A stretch of 64,000 nucleotides of DNA from an uncultured Gemmataceae bacterium (GTDB lineage: Bacteria > Planctomycetota > Planctomycetia > Gemmatales > Gemmataceae). The DNA lies in NCBI GenBank assembly GCA_963750165.1, contig CAVVPN010000003.1, forward strand, positions 2,688,001 to 2,752,000. Reading direction: 5' to 3'. This document shows, piece after piece, positions 20,152 through 30,963 of the stretch. Positions within the stretch are counted from its first letter, which is position 1; every line of letters starts with the position of its first letter. The notes under the pieces were generated by a model, which saw nothing but the letters and a program-made list of their open reading frames with translations, did not search any database and was not told where the DNA came from. The translations under genes and the position numbers were made by a program.

Positions 20152-21382
20152 GAGCACCCGCTCCTGTTCGCCGTCTCACACAGGCTGCCGGCCGCCACCG
20201 GCACGCCGCGGACGGTGGCGATGACCTGATCCAGTCGGCTCAACTGCGTCTCCCAGCGGTAGTTCGCCTCCATGCAGGCGCGGGCGGCCTGGCCCAGTTT
20301 GTTGCGCTCGGCCGCGTCGCCCAGCAGCCGCACCACCTTCGCGGCGAAATCGGCCGGCTCGTCGGCGACCAGCAGGTGAGCGCCCTTCTCGGCCTCCACG
20401 CCCTCGAAGGACGCAGTTGACGCGACCGTGGGCAGCCCCATCGCCATCGCCTCCAGCAGCTTGTTCTGGATGCCGCGGGCGATGCGCAGCGGCACGACGC
20501 ACACCGCCGCACGGGCCAGGTACGGCCGCACGTCCGGCACCCGTCCGGTCACTTCCACGCCCTCCAGGCGGCCAAGCGCCTGCACCGCGGCGTTGGGCCG
20601 TGCGCCGCAGATGGTGAAGGTGACGCCCGGCACCTGCCGCGGATGAGCGGCAGCACGTCCCGGCAGAACCAGACCACGCCCTCCACGTTCGGAAAGTAAT
20701 CCATGACGCCGGTGAAGACCAGGTTGTTTTCCTGGCGCGGCACCGTCACCGGCTGATAATAGTCGAGATCCACGCCGTTGCTCACGCAGCTGACCGGCGC
20801 CCCCGGGATGAGCTGATGGAAGTCGCGCACCTCGCGCGGCGTACACACGAGGGAGTGGCTGAACTCCGTCGCCAGGCGGCGCTCGTAGCTCAGCAGCCGC
20901 CGCGACTCCAGGCCGAAGACCCAGCGCTTCGGCGGGAACACCGTGGCGGCGTACTGCCGCCACTTGAGCGAGTCGAGGTCGGCGAACTGCATGACACGCG
21001 GCACATCGGCGTAGCGCTCAACGAACTGCGCCACGCCGGAGCTGTACACCACGATCAAATCGGCTGGCCACGCCCGCAAACGGTCGGCGACGCGGCGGTG
21101 CAATTCGCCCTCGTTGAAGTAGGCGACAGTCAGCGGCTTGCCCGTGGCTAGGGCCGCCAGGGCCCGAACGCGGGCACGCCGCCGGTTCAACGGCACGGCA
21201 TCCACGGAAACGGCCAGGGGCTCCAGGGCGGCGACGTTCGCCAGATCCTCCGGACCGTCCGCCAGGCAGGCCACCGCCACCTCATGGTGTCGCGCCAGGT
21301 GGCGGATTTCGTGGTAGGTGGTAATCTTGTCCCCCCGGTCCGGCGGATAGGGGACGCGCTGAGCCAGGAAAAGAATGCGCAT
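20148..21382 (-). CDS. GT4 glycosyltransferase, PEP-CTERM/exosortase-associated (TIGR03087-like); frameshift at ~20640
   Basis: RVPYPPDRGDKI, DLDSLKWRQYA, GVMDYFPNVEG, ARGIQNKLLEAMA. Confidence 0.88.
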
Positions 21383-21394
21383 CGAGTGTCCTTC

Positions 21395-22569
21395 TCAGAA
21401 GCCCGGGGAAACCGCCAGCGTGGGAGAGGCCACCAGGGGAAGGGATCGAGATCCGCGCAACTGGCGCCGCACGGCCTCGGCCACGTGATCGACGCCAATC
21501 AGGTCCATGCAGTTCGGGATGAAGTCGCAGCGCTCCTTGTAACATCCCAGGCAGTCCATCTCGGGCACGACCTTTTCCCCAAGCCCGTAGAGTTCGATTT
21601 CGTGGGCGCTGGTAGGCCCGAACAGGACCACCGTGCGCCGGCCCGTCGCCAGGGCGATGTGCATCGCCAGGGTGTCCCCCGAGACGACGACATCGCAGCA
21701 CGCGGTCAGGGCCGCGAAGTGGCGCACGTCGTTGTCGTTGCCGGCGTCGAAGACGGGCACTGCCGACCGGGCCGTCAGAAAAGCGTGCCGGTCGCGCTCG
21801 GCCTTGCCGCCCAGCAGCAGCACCTGACCGCCCATGTCCCGGTGAACCCGCTCCGCCAGTTCGAGGAAGCCCTCCAGCCGCCACTGCTTGAGCTCCCAGC
21901 GGCCGCCCGCCCCGGTGTTGAACCCGATCAGCGGCACGCCCGGCTCGACCCCCAGGCGTTCCAGGTGGTCGCGCGCCGCGCCCGCTCCTCGTCGGTCAGG
22001 TGCAGGACATAGTGGCACTTCTCGTGTGGCAGACCGAGGATCTCGGCCATGATGCTCTGGTAGCCGCGCGTGTTCTGACGCTTGAGGTCGTCGAAGACGC
22101 CCATCTCCAGCCAAGCCCGGGCGGCGGCGTTGGTGGGCAGGACATGGCCCGACTCGTGCAGGATGTAGCCGTCCTTGCGGGTGGACCGCGCCGCCGTGGC
22201 CAGGCCGGCGCTGACCTTGCCCGCGTCCAGGTTGATGACCCGGTCGAATTTGCGGGTCAACAGGTGGATCAGCGAATCCGGCCCGTACGCCACCACTTCC
22301 GCCAGATAGGGGTTCTTCTCCAGCAGCGGTTTGGCCTCCGGCCGCGTCACCCAGGTGATGGCCGCTCCGGCGTGGGCCTCCGCCAGTGCCGGCAGCAGGG
22401 CCGTCGTCCGCAGCACGTCCCCCATGGCGTCGAGCTTGACGATCAACACCTGCTCGCGAACCGGTTCGTAATAATCGCACTTGCAGATGACCCGCTCGTC
22501 CTGCTTGTGGAAGCGGCAGGGGCGGTCACCCTGGAAGTGTCGGCAGTCGAAGGCCAACTCACGCGACAT
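21395..22569 (-). CDS. GT9 heptosyltransferase-like protein; frameshift at ~21980
   Basis: KLDAMGDVLRTT, NTGAGGRWELKQW, GDTLAMHIA, LFGPTS. Confidence 0.88.
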
Positions 22570-22680
22570 GGTGGGAAACTCACTCAGGTAGTGGGCAGTG
22601 TCTGTTCGAGGGCACCGGGGCAGGGGGAGAGTGACCCCAGAGGCAGTCCGTTTCGCTTGCAACGGAGAGTTTTTCATGGA

Positions 22681-22696
22681 CGCATAAAACATGCCA
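22681..22696 (-). promoter_or_regulatory. sigma54-type promoter for the GT9-heptose operon
   Basis: Minus strand TGGCATGTTTTATGCG (GG-N10-GC). Confidence 0.6.
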
Positions 22697-22802
22697 GAGA
22701 GCGTTCATACCCGGAAACCCGCTATTGCGGCCGTTCCCACCGGTTTTCGACCGCCTTCGGGCTCGGAACGGTCAATACGGCCCGTTTCCAGCCGCGCCGC
22801 AC

Positions 22803-22851
22803 TGTCCGGGCGAGTTGACACACTGGCAACCACTGTAACCCTCGGTTAACA
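22803..22851. promoter_or_regulatory. Two TGT-N12-ACA enhancer-like boxes
   Basis: TGTCCGGGCGAGTTGACA (22803-22820) and TGTAACCCTCGGTTAACA (22834-22851). Confidence 0.6.
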
Positions 22852-24755
22852 GGCCGCCACGGTAGGGGCGGCCAGGTACCGTTCCGCCCAGCGTGCCAGC
22901 ACGAGCAGGCTCCACAGCACGTCGCCGTGCCGGCCGAGGCCCGACCGGTGGGCGCGGTACAACTTCCCGGCCAGTTCCTGGTTGACCAGCGCGGCCACGC
23001 GCGCGCCCGGAGACAGCACGGCATCCTCGAACATTTCGCGCAGCGGCCCGGCCAGCCAGGTGTTGATGGGGATCTCGAAGCCGTGCTTGGGCCGGTTCGT
23101 CACCGCCGGCGGCAAGCGATCCTTGAACGCCTGCTTGAACACCCACTTGGTTTCGCCGCGATGCACCTTCCAGCGCGACGGGATACGGGCGGCCAGTTCC
23201 AGCAGCTCGTGGTCCAGGAACGGCGGCCGCACCTCCAGCCCATTGGCCATGCTGGCGCGATCGACCTTCACCAAAAAGTCATCCGGCAACAGCATGCCCA
23301 CATCCGCGGCGATCATGCCGGCCAGGGGGTCGCGCGGCGGCGCAGTGGCGAACGCCTCCCGGACGATGGCGCCAGGATCACGGCCGTTCAGGGTCGCGGC
23401 CAGGTCCGGGGCCAGCAACCGACGGCGGAGCGGCGGCCGGCACAGGGAGATGGTGTTGGCGTAGGCGGGGCCGGGCTCCAGTGCCAGGTTGGTCAGCAGC
23501 GTCCGCGCCCGCAGACGCCGCGGCAGCCAGTCGGCCTTGGGCCAGACCTGGGCCAGCGGCCCAACCGCCAGTCGTCGGAACCAACCCGGCAGCCAGTCGC
23601 GCAGCGCCGCCTCCTTGAGGTCGTGGGCGTAGCGCGCGTAGCCGCCGAACGCCTCGTCGCCGCCGTCGCCGGACAGCACCACCTTGACATTCCGGCTCGC
23701 CAGCCGCGACACCAGGAAGGTCGGGATGGCCGAGGAGTCCGCGAACGGCTCGTCGTAATACCGGCTCAGGTCGTCGAGCAACTCGGCCGCGTCGGGCGTC
23801 ACCACTTCCTCATGGTGACTGGTGCCGAAGCGCTTGGCCACTTCCCGGGCGTAGGGCAGTTCGCTGAACGCCTCGTCCGCGAAGCCCATCGAGAACGTTT
23901 GCAGCGGCCCCCGGGTCAGGCCGGCGCTGGACGCCACCACGACGCTGGAGTCCAGGCCGCCGCTGAGGAACGCCCCCACCGGCACGTCGGCGATCAGGTG
24001 CAATCGCACCGTCTCCGCTACCTTGCGCGCAGGGCCTCCTGCCACTCCTCCGGCGTGGTCCGCTCGTCCGGCTCGATCCGCAGCTGCCAGTAGCGGCGCG
24101 GCGGGCAGTCGAAGCGCCCCGCCTGGAGCGACAGCACGTGGGCCGGAGGCAATTTCTCGATGTGCTGGAAGATCGACCGGGCGCCTGGGACGACGCCGAA
24201 GGTGAAGTAATCCTCCAGGCCAGCCGGGTCGAGGCCGGTCTGCACGCCGGGGTGGGCCAGGATCGCCTTCAATTCCGAGCCGAACAGCACCTTCTCGGCG
24301 TCGCGGTAGAGGTAGAGCGGCTTGATGCCGAGACGGTCGCGGGCCAGGAGCAGTTGCCGGCGGCGGCGGTCCCACAGCGCGAAGGCGAACATGCCCCGCA
24401 GCCGTTCGACGAGCCGGTCACCTTCTTCCTCGTACAGGTGGACGAGCACCTCGGTGTCGCTGTGCGTGCGGAAGCGGTGGCCCTTGCCTTCGAGCCAGGC
24501 ACGCAACTCCTGAAAGTTGTAAATCTCGCCGTTGAAGATGACCTGGAGCGAGTCGTCCTCGTTGGCGATGGGCTGGTCGCCGCCGGCGAGGTCGATGATC
24601 GACAGCCGCCGATGGACCAGGCCGATCCCCGGCTCGCTCCAGAAACCCGCAGCGTCGGGGCCGCGGTGGGCGATGCTGGCGCTCATCCGCCGCAGCGCGG
24701 CGCGGTCCACGGGGTGTGCAGGGTCAGCGTACAGGACGCCTGCGATTCCACACAT
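22846..24755 (-). CDS. asnB: Asparagine synthase (glutamine-hydrolysing)-like amidotransferase; frameshift at ~24025
   Basis: MCGIAG, HRRLSIIDL, FNGEIYN, LSGGLDSS, SGDGGDEAFGGY, EVRPPFLD. Confidence 0.9.
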
Positions 24756-24790
24756 GCTCGGCTTCCCTTCGGGGAGAAGATAACCTTGTG

Positions 24791-24853
24791 GGTCGGAGCC
24801 CGAGCGCCAGCGCGGGGCAGACTTGGCCCCGCGCTGGCGCTCGGGCTCCGACC
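24791..24853. repeat. REP-like palindrome
   Basis: Perfect 28-bp arms 24791-24818 / 24826-24853. Confidence 0.88.
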
Positions 24854-24858
24854 ATAGT

Positions 24859-25464
24859 TCAACCGGCCGGGGCGGCCTGGGGTTGGTTGCGGTAGCGGAC
24901 CACCCGCGCAGGGGAGCCGACGGCGATGGCGTAGTCGGGGATCGGCCGCGTGACCACCGAACCGGCGCCGATCACGCAATGTTTGCCCACGTCGGCCATG
25001 ATGATGGCGCGGTCGCCGACCCAGGTGTCGCGACCGATGGTGACGTGCGGGAACACGCCGGGCTGCTCCCGCACCGGGATGTCCAGCCGTTCGATGCCGT
25101 GCTGGGCGTTGCCGTTGGTGATCGAAATATGCGAGCCCAGGAGCACGTCATCCTCCAGGGTCACCTCTCCCAGACAGCAGAACAACCCGATGTAGACGTT
25201 CCGCCCCACGACATTGCCGGGATGCGAGAAGACGACGCCGAAACAGATGCAGGAGCCGCGGCCGCAGGGGAACACAAATTGGTAGAAGGCCCGACGCAGG
25301 TAGACGCCCCAGGTGCCGGGCAACAGACTGAACGCCTGCGTCCAGGCCGGGAACGCTCGCCTGGCGCCGCAGAGCAGCCGGGCGGTGTGGTACGCCAGCG
25401 CCGCGGGCAGGACCAGCAGGGTGGCCGACAGTTCCGCGAGCCGTTTCAACAATGCTTTCATCAC
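24859..25464 (-). CDS. Hexapeptide-repeat (LbH) acyltransferase
   Basis: VTIGRDTWVG, VIGAGSVVTRPIP, VGSPAR. Confidence 0.9.
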   Translation of the reverse strand: MMKALLKRLAELSATLLVLPAALAYHTARLLCGARRAFPAWTQAFSLLPGTWGVYLRRAFYQFVFPCGRGSCICFGVVFSHPGNVVGRNVYIGLFCCLGEVTLEDDVLLGSHISITNGNAQHGIERLDIPVREQPGVFPHVTIGRDTWVGDRAIIMADVGKHCVIGAGSVVTRPIPDYAIAVGSPARVVRYRNQPQAAPAG

Positions 25465-25521
25465 GAGGACAATTTATTGGTGTCGCAGGGAGCCGGTCCA
25501 GAGAGTACCGCGTCGGCCTGG

Positions 25522-25537
25522 TGCAAAAATGAGGCCG
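25522..25537 (-). promoter_or_regulatory. sigma54-type promoter (leftward arm)
   Basis: Minus strand CGGCCTCATTTTTGCA (GG-N10-GC). Confidence 0.6.
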
Positions 25538-25717
25538 GCCGCTGTCTTTTCCGGGAAAACACGCCTATTCCCCAGCTTCTCATCATATTCTAGCCTTTTT
25601 CGAGGTCGAAAACCGGCTTGAGGCAGGCCGCCCCTCAGGAACGCCCCGCAACAGCACCAGACCGCCACGCCGCGACGAGCACCAGGTTGTCACTCCCTGT
25701 AACCGTCCACTTTTTCC

Positions 25718-25735
25718 TGTCAACAGCGGTTTACA
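25718..25735. promoter_or_regulatory. TGT-N12-ACA enhancer-like box in the divergent intergenic region
   Basis: TGTCAACAGCGGTTTACA. Confidence 0.65.
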
Positions 25736-25849
25736 GAAGTGGGGACCATGAGGATGTCGTGCGGAAGGTCGCGTGGACATTCCAGCCTAACACCTTTCAA
25801 GACATCGAGCTGCGGCGAGCCAGAAAAACCACGAGGCCCCGCACCGGAC

Positions 25850-25865
25850 TGGCCTGAAGTTTGCA
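25850..25865 (+). promoter_or_regulatory. sigma54-type promoter for the exosortase operon
   Basis: TGGCCTGAAGTTTGCA (GG-N10-GC). Confidence 0.7.
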
Positions 25866-26075
25866 ATAGAAGGGGATCGTGGATAAAAATGTTTACTGTC
25901 CGAAATGACCTCCACCCCAACCCAGACGAGTACACGTAAAACTCCGTGGTGAACTCGCCAACACAGCCTGCGCCCGAACGCGAAGTATATTTTACCGCCG
26001 GTTCCTCCGCAGGATAGCGCGACCGATCTCTCCACGAAGCCCAGGGGGCGAAGCCAAGAACCTTCGCCGTGCATC

Positions 26076-26981
26076 ATGTTCCGCTGGACGCGACCATCGA
26101 TCCTGATCGGCCTGATCTTGTTCGGGGCGCTCTCCCTGTGGGCGTACTGGCCGACGCTGGAAGAGGTCGCGGAGAAGTGGGCGACCCACGCGATGTACTC
26201 GCACGGCTACCTGGTGCCCGCGTTCTCCCTGTTCCTGCTGTACTTCCGCCGGCAAAAACTCGAAGGTGTCACGCCCCAGCCGAACCCGTGGGGCCTGCCG
26301 GTACTGGTGGTTGGCGTCGCGCTGCACCTGGCCGGCACCTACTACTACTTCGACTATATCAGCGCGCTCTCGCTGCTGCCGGTGCTCGCCGGCCTGGCCC
26401 TGTGCCTCGGCGGCCTGCGGGTGCTCGCCTGGACCTGGCCGTCCGTCGCTTTCCTGGCTTTCATGCTGCCCCTGCCCCACCAGCTGGAAGTGGCCCTGGG
26501 CTCCTCGCTCCAGCGGCTGGCCACGGTCTGCAGCACGTTCCTGTTGCAAACCATCGGCTTCGCGGCCGTCTCGGAGGGCAATACCATCATCATGGAGGAG
26601 GCCCGGGTCGGCGTCGTCGAGGCCTGCAACGGCCTGGGCATGCTGCTGTTGTTCTTTGCCATGACGACCGGCACGGCCATCGTCGTGCGGCGGCCCCTGC
26701 TGGACCGGCTGGTGATCGTCCTCAGTGCCGTGCCGATTTCTCTGCTGGCCAACATCATCCGCATCACCATCACAGCGATGCTGGCGGAATGGCTTGGGGG
26801 CTCGACCGCCGACCTGCTCGCCCACTACTGGGGCGGTTGGCTCATGATGCCCCTGGCCCTGGTCATGCTCTGGGTGGAAGTGAAGATCCTCGACCGGCTG
26901 CTGGTCGAGCGGCTCCCCGAAAAGCAGCTGGAGTTTACCTTGACCGTCCCCGGCCCCACGGAACACGCCGGGGTTTCCTGA
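26076..26981 (+). CDS. Exosortase/archaeosortase family protein
   Basis: YSHGYLVP, multi-TM, catalytic C (VEACNG), R (NIIRI), H (AHYWGG). Confidence 0.92.
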   Translation: MFRWTRPSILIGLILFGALSLWAYWPTLEEVAEKWATHAMYSHGYLVPAFSLFLLYFRRQKLEGVTPQPNPWGLPVLVVGVALHLAGTYYYFDYISALSLLPVLAGLALCLGGLRVLAWTWPSVAFLAFMLPLPHQLEVALGSSLQRLATVCSTFLLQTIGFAAVSEGNTIIMEEARVGVVEACNGLGMLLLFFAMTTGTAIVVRRPLLDRLVIVLSAVPISLLANIIRITITAMLAEWLGGSTADLLAHYWGGWLMMPLALVMLWVEVKILDRLLVERLPEKQLEFTLTVPGPTEHAGVS

Positions 26982-27088
26982 CGCGAATGTGGAGATCAAC
27001 CCTCCTGCCCCGGCGGCCCAGGTCACCCGGCAGGATCTCTGGATAGATGCGTCGGTGCGGCACCCCCAAACCGACAACGGAGCGCTTC

Positions 27089-29422
27089 ATGTTTGACCCA
27101 AACGCTCAGCCCGTCGTCCCCCAGCCCCAGGTGGGGGCGCCCATCGAGTCGCCTGGCGGCGCGGTCGTCGTGCGCAAACTCAAGCCGCACGGCCCGCTCG
27201 CCGCCCCCCAGGCCGCCACCGGGACGGGGTTTAACGTCTTCGCTCTGCTGCGCGCCCTGCAGCGCCGTTGGCTGCTGGCCGTCTCCCTGGGCGTGCTCTT
27301 CGCCGGCAGCGTGGCCGGGGCGGTCTGGCACTTCTCACCGCCCCGCTTCACCGCGCGGACGATGATCCACGTCGCCGCCAACCGCCCGCACGTCCTGATG
27401 CAGATGGACCGCGTCAATGACTTCGCAAGTTACCAGCGCACCCAGATCGCGCTGGTGAAAAGCCGCCTGGTGCTCAACCGCGCCCTCAACAACCCCAACG
27501 TGGCGGCGCTGTCGGTCGTCAAGGAACATGTGGACCCCATTCTCTGGCTCGAAAAAGAGATCCAGGCCGACTTCCTCACCGCCCCAGAGGTTCTCAAGAT
27601 CTCCATGAACGGGGAAAAGGGCGAGGAGCTGAAGGTCGTGGTCGATGCGGTTCGCGAATCCTACGTGAAGGAGATCGTCAACAAGGAGTTCAACCAGCAA
27701 GAGATGCGCCTGACCAAGCTGCGCGAACTCTTTGCCGAGGCCGACAAGCAGTTGCAGGAAAAGCGCCGCGTCCTCAAGTCCATGTCCGAAGACCTTGGCT
27801 CCTCCAAGGATCCCAAGGTGATGGAGAAGACCCAGCTCATGGCCTTCCGCCAACTCGACGGCATTCAGGCGCAACTGCTCACCGTCCAGGCCAAACTGCG
27901 CCAGGCGCAGATGGAAGCGGTCGCGGCCCCGGCCCAGAAGAAGGACGGCAAGGACGGTAAGGGCGGCGAAGCGGCTCAGAAGGATTGGGCCGCCCTGCTG
28001 TTCCCGGCCCCCAAGGAAGAAGTGGACGACTTCCTCCCGCTGCCAGAGCACAAGATTCAGGAATGGATTGACAAGAACCCGAAGATCCAGGATCTCGAGA
28101 AGGAAATCGCCCGGCTGGACAGGATCGCCAAGCAGATCCACAAAAACGCCCACAACGCGGAAAAGGAACCCGTCTACAAGGCGGCGCTGGCCGCACAGGT
28201 GGTGGCCAAGAAGCACCTGGCCGACACGCGGGCCCAACTGCGTCAGGAGCTGGCCCAGAAGGTCCGCGGGGATGCCCACCCGGAGATCAAGGGCAGCAAT
28301 CAGTCCTACACCCAGAAACAGATCGCGGTGCTGGAAATGCAGGACAAGTGGCTGACGCAGGAGGTCAATAACTACCTGAAAAAGTTCCAGGGGCTGAGCA
28401 AGCGCCGCGTCGATGTGGAGTGGCTGCGCGACGAGATCACCCTGGCGGACGAGATCACCCGCAAGATGGCCAGTCAGCTGCAGATTCTGCAGGTGGAGCA
28501 GAAGGCTCCGGAACGGATCACCGTCATGGAGGAAGCGATCGTCCTGCCCGACCAGGACAGTCCGCTGAAGAAGGCCGGCATCGCCGGCGGCGCCATCTTC
28601 TTCCTGGTCCTGCTGGGCGTCGCTTTCCTGGAATACCGCACGCACAAGATCAACGGCGCCGACGATGTGGTCAACGGCCTGAAACTGCGACTGGTCGGCG
28701 CCATCCCCGCCCGGGTCAAGCGCGGCTGGGGCGGGCTCAACTCGCGGAAGAGCCAGGCCCGCTGGCAGCAGCGCCTCACCGAGTCCATCGACGCGACGCG
28801 CACCATGCTGCTGCACACCGCCAGCGTCGAACCGCTCCGCATCGTCATGGTGACCAGCGCCGTCGGCGGCGAAGGCAAAACCACCCTCTCGGCCCACTTG
28901 GCGGTCAGCCTGGCCCGCTCCGGCCGGCGGACGCTGCTCATCGACGGCGACCTGCGGCGGCCGTCGCTCCAGAAGCTGTTCAACCTGCCGCTGACGCCCG
29001 GCCTGAGCGAAATCCTCCGTGGCGAGACCGCCCTGGCGGCCGTCGTCCGCCCCGGCCCGGTCGAGGGGTTGTCGATCCTGACCGCCGGGCGCAGTGACCC
29101 CCTGGCCATCCAGGCCCTGTCGCGCAAGCCGCTGGAAGACCTCTTCCAGCTGGTCCGCGAGCAGTACGACTTCGTGATTGTGGACTCGGCGCCGGTGCTG
29201 CCGGTGGCCGACTCCCAGTTGCTCGCCCAGCACACGGACGCCGTGATTTTCTCGGTGCTCCGCGAGGTGAGCCGCCTGCCGCTGGTCTATGCCGCCTACG
29301 AGCGCCTCAAGATGCTGCGCACGCGCATCCTGGGGGCGGTGGTCAACGGCACCCAGGACAGCATCCACGGCGGCCATTACAGCTACGAGAGTAACACGCC
29401 CCCGGCCTCGGCCGCCTCCTGA
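27089..29422 (+). CDS. wzc: Polysaccharide co-polymerase / BY-kinase (Wzc-like)
   Basis: Two TM helices around a coiled coil; SAVGGEGKT, LLIDGDLRRP, VIVDSAP; short Tyr tail. Confidence 0.88.
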   Translation: MFDPNAQPVVPQPQVGAPIESPGGAVVVRKLKPHGPLAAPQAATGTGFNVFALLRALQRRWLLAVSLGVLFAGSVAGAVWHFSPPRFTARTMIHVAANRPHVLMQMDRVNDFASYQRTQIALVKSRLVLNRALNNPNVAALSVVKEHVDPILWLEKEIQADFLTAPEVLKISMNGEKGEELKVVVDAVRESYVKEIVNKEFNQQEMRLTKLRELFAEADKQLQEKRRVLKSMSEDLGSSKDPKVMEKTQLMAFRQLDGIQAQLLTVQAKLRQAQMEAVAAPAQKKDGKDGKGGEAAQKDWAALLFPAPKEEVDDFLPLPEHKIQEWIDKNPKIQDLEKEIARLDRIAKQIHKNAHNAEKEPVYKAALAAQVVAKKHLADTRAQLRQELAQKVRGDAHPEIKGSNQSYTQKQIAVLEMQDKWLTQEVNNYLKKFQGLSKRRVDVEWLRDEITLADEITRKMASQLQILQVEQKAPERITVMEEAIVLPDQDSPLKKAGIAGGAIFFLVLLGVAFLEYRTHKINGADDVVNGLKLRLVGAIPARVKRGWGGLNSRKSQARWQQRLTESIDATRTMLLHTASVEPLRIVMVTSAVGGEGKTTLSAHLAVSLARSGRRTLLIDGDLRRPSLQKLFNLPLTPGLSEILRGETALAAVVRPGPVEGLSILTAGRSDPLAIQALSRKPLEDLFQLVREQYDFVIVDSAPVLPVADSQLLAQHTDAVIFSVLREVSRLPLVYAAYERLKMLRTRILGAVVNGTQDSIHGGHYSYESNTPPASAAS

Positions 29423-29436
29423 GCGACGGAGACGTT

Positions 29437-30087
29437 ATGTTGCGAGTGTTTCTCCTGCTGGCGGCCGGCCTCTTGCTGGCGGCCGATGGTCTGGTCGGCG
29501 GCCTGTGGACGAACCGCTGGCAGACCTCCCCGGAACTGGCCGCCGCGGTGGCCCGGATGGACAAGGTGCCCATGAACTTCGGCGCCTGGCGCGGCAAGGA
29601 GGGCCCCGACGTGGAGGACTGGGCAGTCAGAGGGTCGCGGATTTCCGGCTTCGCCGCACGCCGCTACGAGCGCCGTGACGGCAGCGTGGTGAACGTCCTG
29701 CTGGTCTGCGGCCGTCCGGGCCCCATGTCGGTTCACACGCCCGAAGTCTGCTACCGCGGCGTGGGTTACCAGATTCTCAGCGGCCCCGACCACTGGCCCC
29801 TGAAGGCCGCCCCGGGCGGGATGGACGCGGAGTTGTGGAAGATCAAGGTCGGGAAACCCGACGCCGCCACGCCCATGCAGATGTCCGTGCTGTGGTCCTG
29901 GACCACCGACGGCACCTGGCAGACGCCGAATTCGCCACGCTTCACGTTCGCCGGCAAGCCCGTGCTGTACAAACTGTACGTGACGCACGAGATCGTCAAC
30001 GGCGACAAGAAAGCCGACGAAGTGTGTCGCGAATTCCTCCGAGACTTCTTGCCGGAACTCAACCCGGTGCTGTTCCGCAAGCGCTGA
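29437..30087 (+). CDS. Exosortase-associated EpsI family protein
   Basis: N-terminal TM, VHTPEVCY; in operon with the exosortase. Confidence 0.8.
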   Translation: MLRVFLLLAAGLLLAADGLVGGLWTNRWQTSPELAAAVARMDKVPMNFGAWRGKEGPDVEDWAVRGSRISGFAARRYERRDGSVVNVLLVCGRPGPMSVHTPEVCYRGVGYQILSGPDHWPLKAAPGGMDAELWKIKVGKPDAATPMQMSVLWSWTTDGTWQTPNSPRFTFAGKPVLYKLYVTHEIVNGDKKADEVCREFLRDFLPELNPVLFRKR

Positions 30088-30155
30088 ACTCTCCAAGGTC
30101 TGACTCGTTCATTGACATGCGCGGTGCCTAACTTTTTCCGCATAAGGTGTTCTGG

Positions 30156-30941
30156 ATGCTTACCAACAGTGACTCGCACCCTACCCCCCCCCTGGTGATC
30201 CGGTTGGAGCACCCGCGGCGCCATCCAGCGGTCCCGCAGCGCCCGGAGGGGTGGTATCACTCCGTGAAGGCCGTGCTGGATTTCGGCTGCGCCCTGGCCC
30301 TGCTCGTGCTGGCGGCGCCGCTCATCCTGCTGGCGGCGCTGGCGGTCAAGTTGACCTCACGGGGGCCGGTGTTTTACTCGCAGGTGCGTTTGGGGCGCGG
30401 CGGTCGGCCGTATACCATTCACAAGATTCGCACCATGCGGCACGACTGCGAGAAGCACACCGGCGCGCGCTGGAGCACTCCGGGCGACAACCGCATCACC
30501 CCCGTCGGCCGCTTTCTGCGCAAGACGCACATTGATGAGCTGCCGCAGTTGTGGAACGTCCTGCGGGGCGAGATGAGCCTGGTGGGGCCGCGGCCCGAGC
30601 GCCCGGAGTTTGTGCCGCGCCTCGAAGAAGCCATCCCGCGCTACCGCGAACGACTCCTGGTCCGCCCCGGCCTGTCCGGCCTGGCCCAGGTGCAGCTGCC
30701 GCCCGACAGCGACCTCGACAGCGTGCGCCGCAAGCTGGCCTACGACCTATACTATGTGGAACGGGTGGGCTTCTGGCTCGACCTGCGCATCCTGCTCGGC
30801 ACGGCCCTGTACGCCCTGAGCCTGCCCGCCACGGTGGCGCGCGTGTTGTTCGGCCTGCCGGGCGGCCGGGTCGTCGAGGAGGCGTACGAAAGTACGGCGG
30901 CACCGGTCCCCGAGCCGACCCCCGAACTCCAACCAGCTTGA
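30156..30941 (+). CDS. Priming phosphoglycosyl (sugar) transferase
   Basis: [37 protein letters not shown]. Confidence 0.92.
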   Translation: MLTNSDSHPTPPLVIRLEHPRRHPAVPQRPEGWYHSVKAVLDFGCALALLVLAAPLILLAALAVKLTSRGPVFYSQVRLGRGGRPYTIHKIRTMRHDCEKHTGARWSTPGDNRITPVGRFLRKTHIDELPQLWNVLRGEMSLVGPRPERPEFVPRLEEAIPRYRERLLVRPGLSGLAQVQLPPDSDLDSVRRKLAYDLYYVERVGFWLDLRILLGTALYALSLPATVARVLFGLPGGRVVEEAYESTAAPVPEPTPELQPA

Positions 30942-30963
30942 ACTCGCTGGGGCCTTCCGACGC

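Noticed and set aside
27335..29377. 680-aa antisense ORF, and similar long ORFs at 12504-14855, 18400-20229, 50846-52600 and 62272-63888
   Set aside because: Shadow or alternate-frame ORFs of recognisable genes in high-GC DNA, with no motifs
30900..30941. VPEP motif at the C-terminus of the sugar transferase as a PEP-CTERM signal
   Set aside because: No TM helix or basic tail follows, and the protein is a phosphoglycosyl transferase; no exosortase substrate is evident in the window
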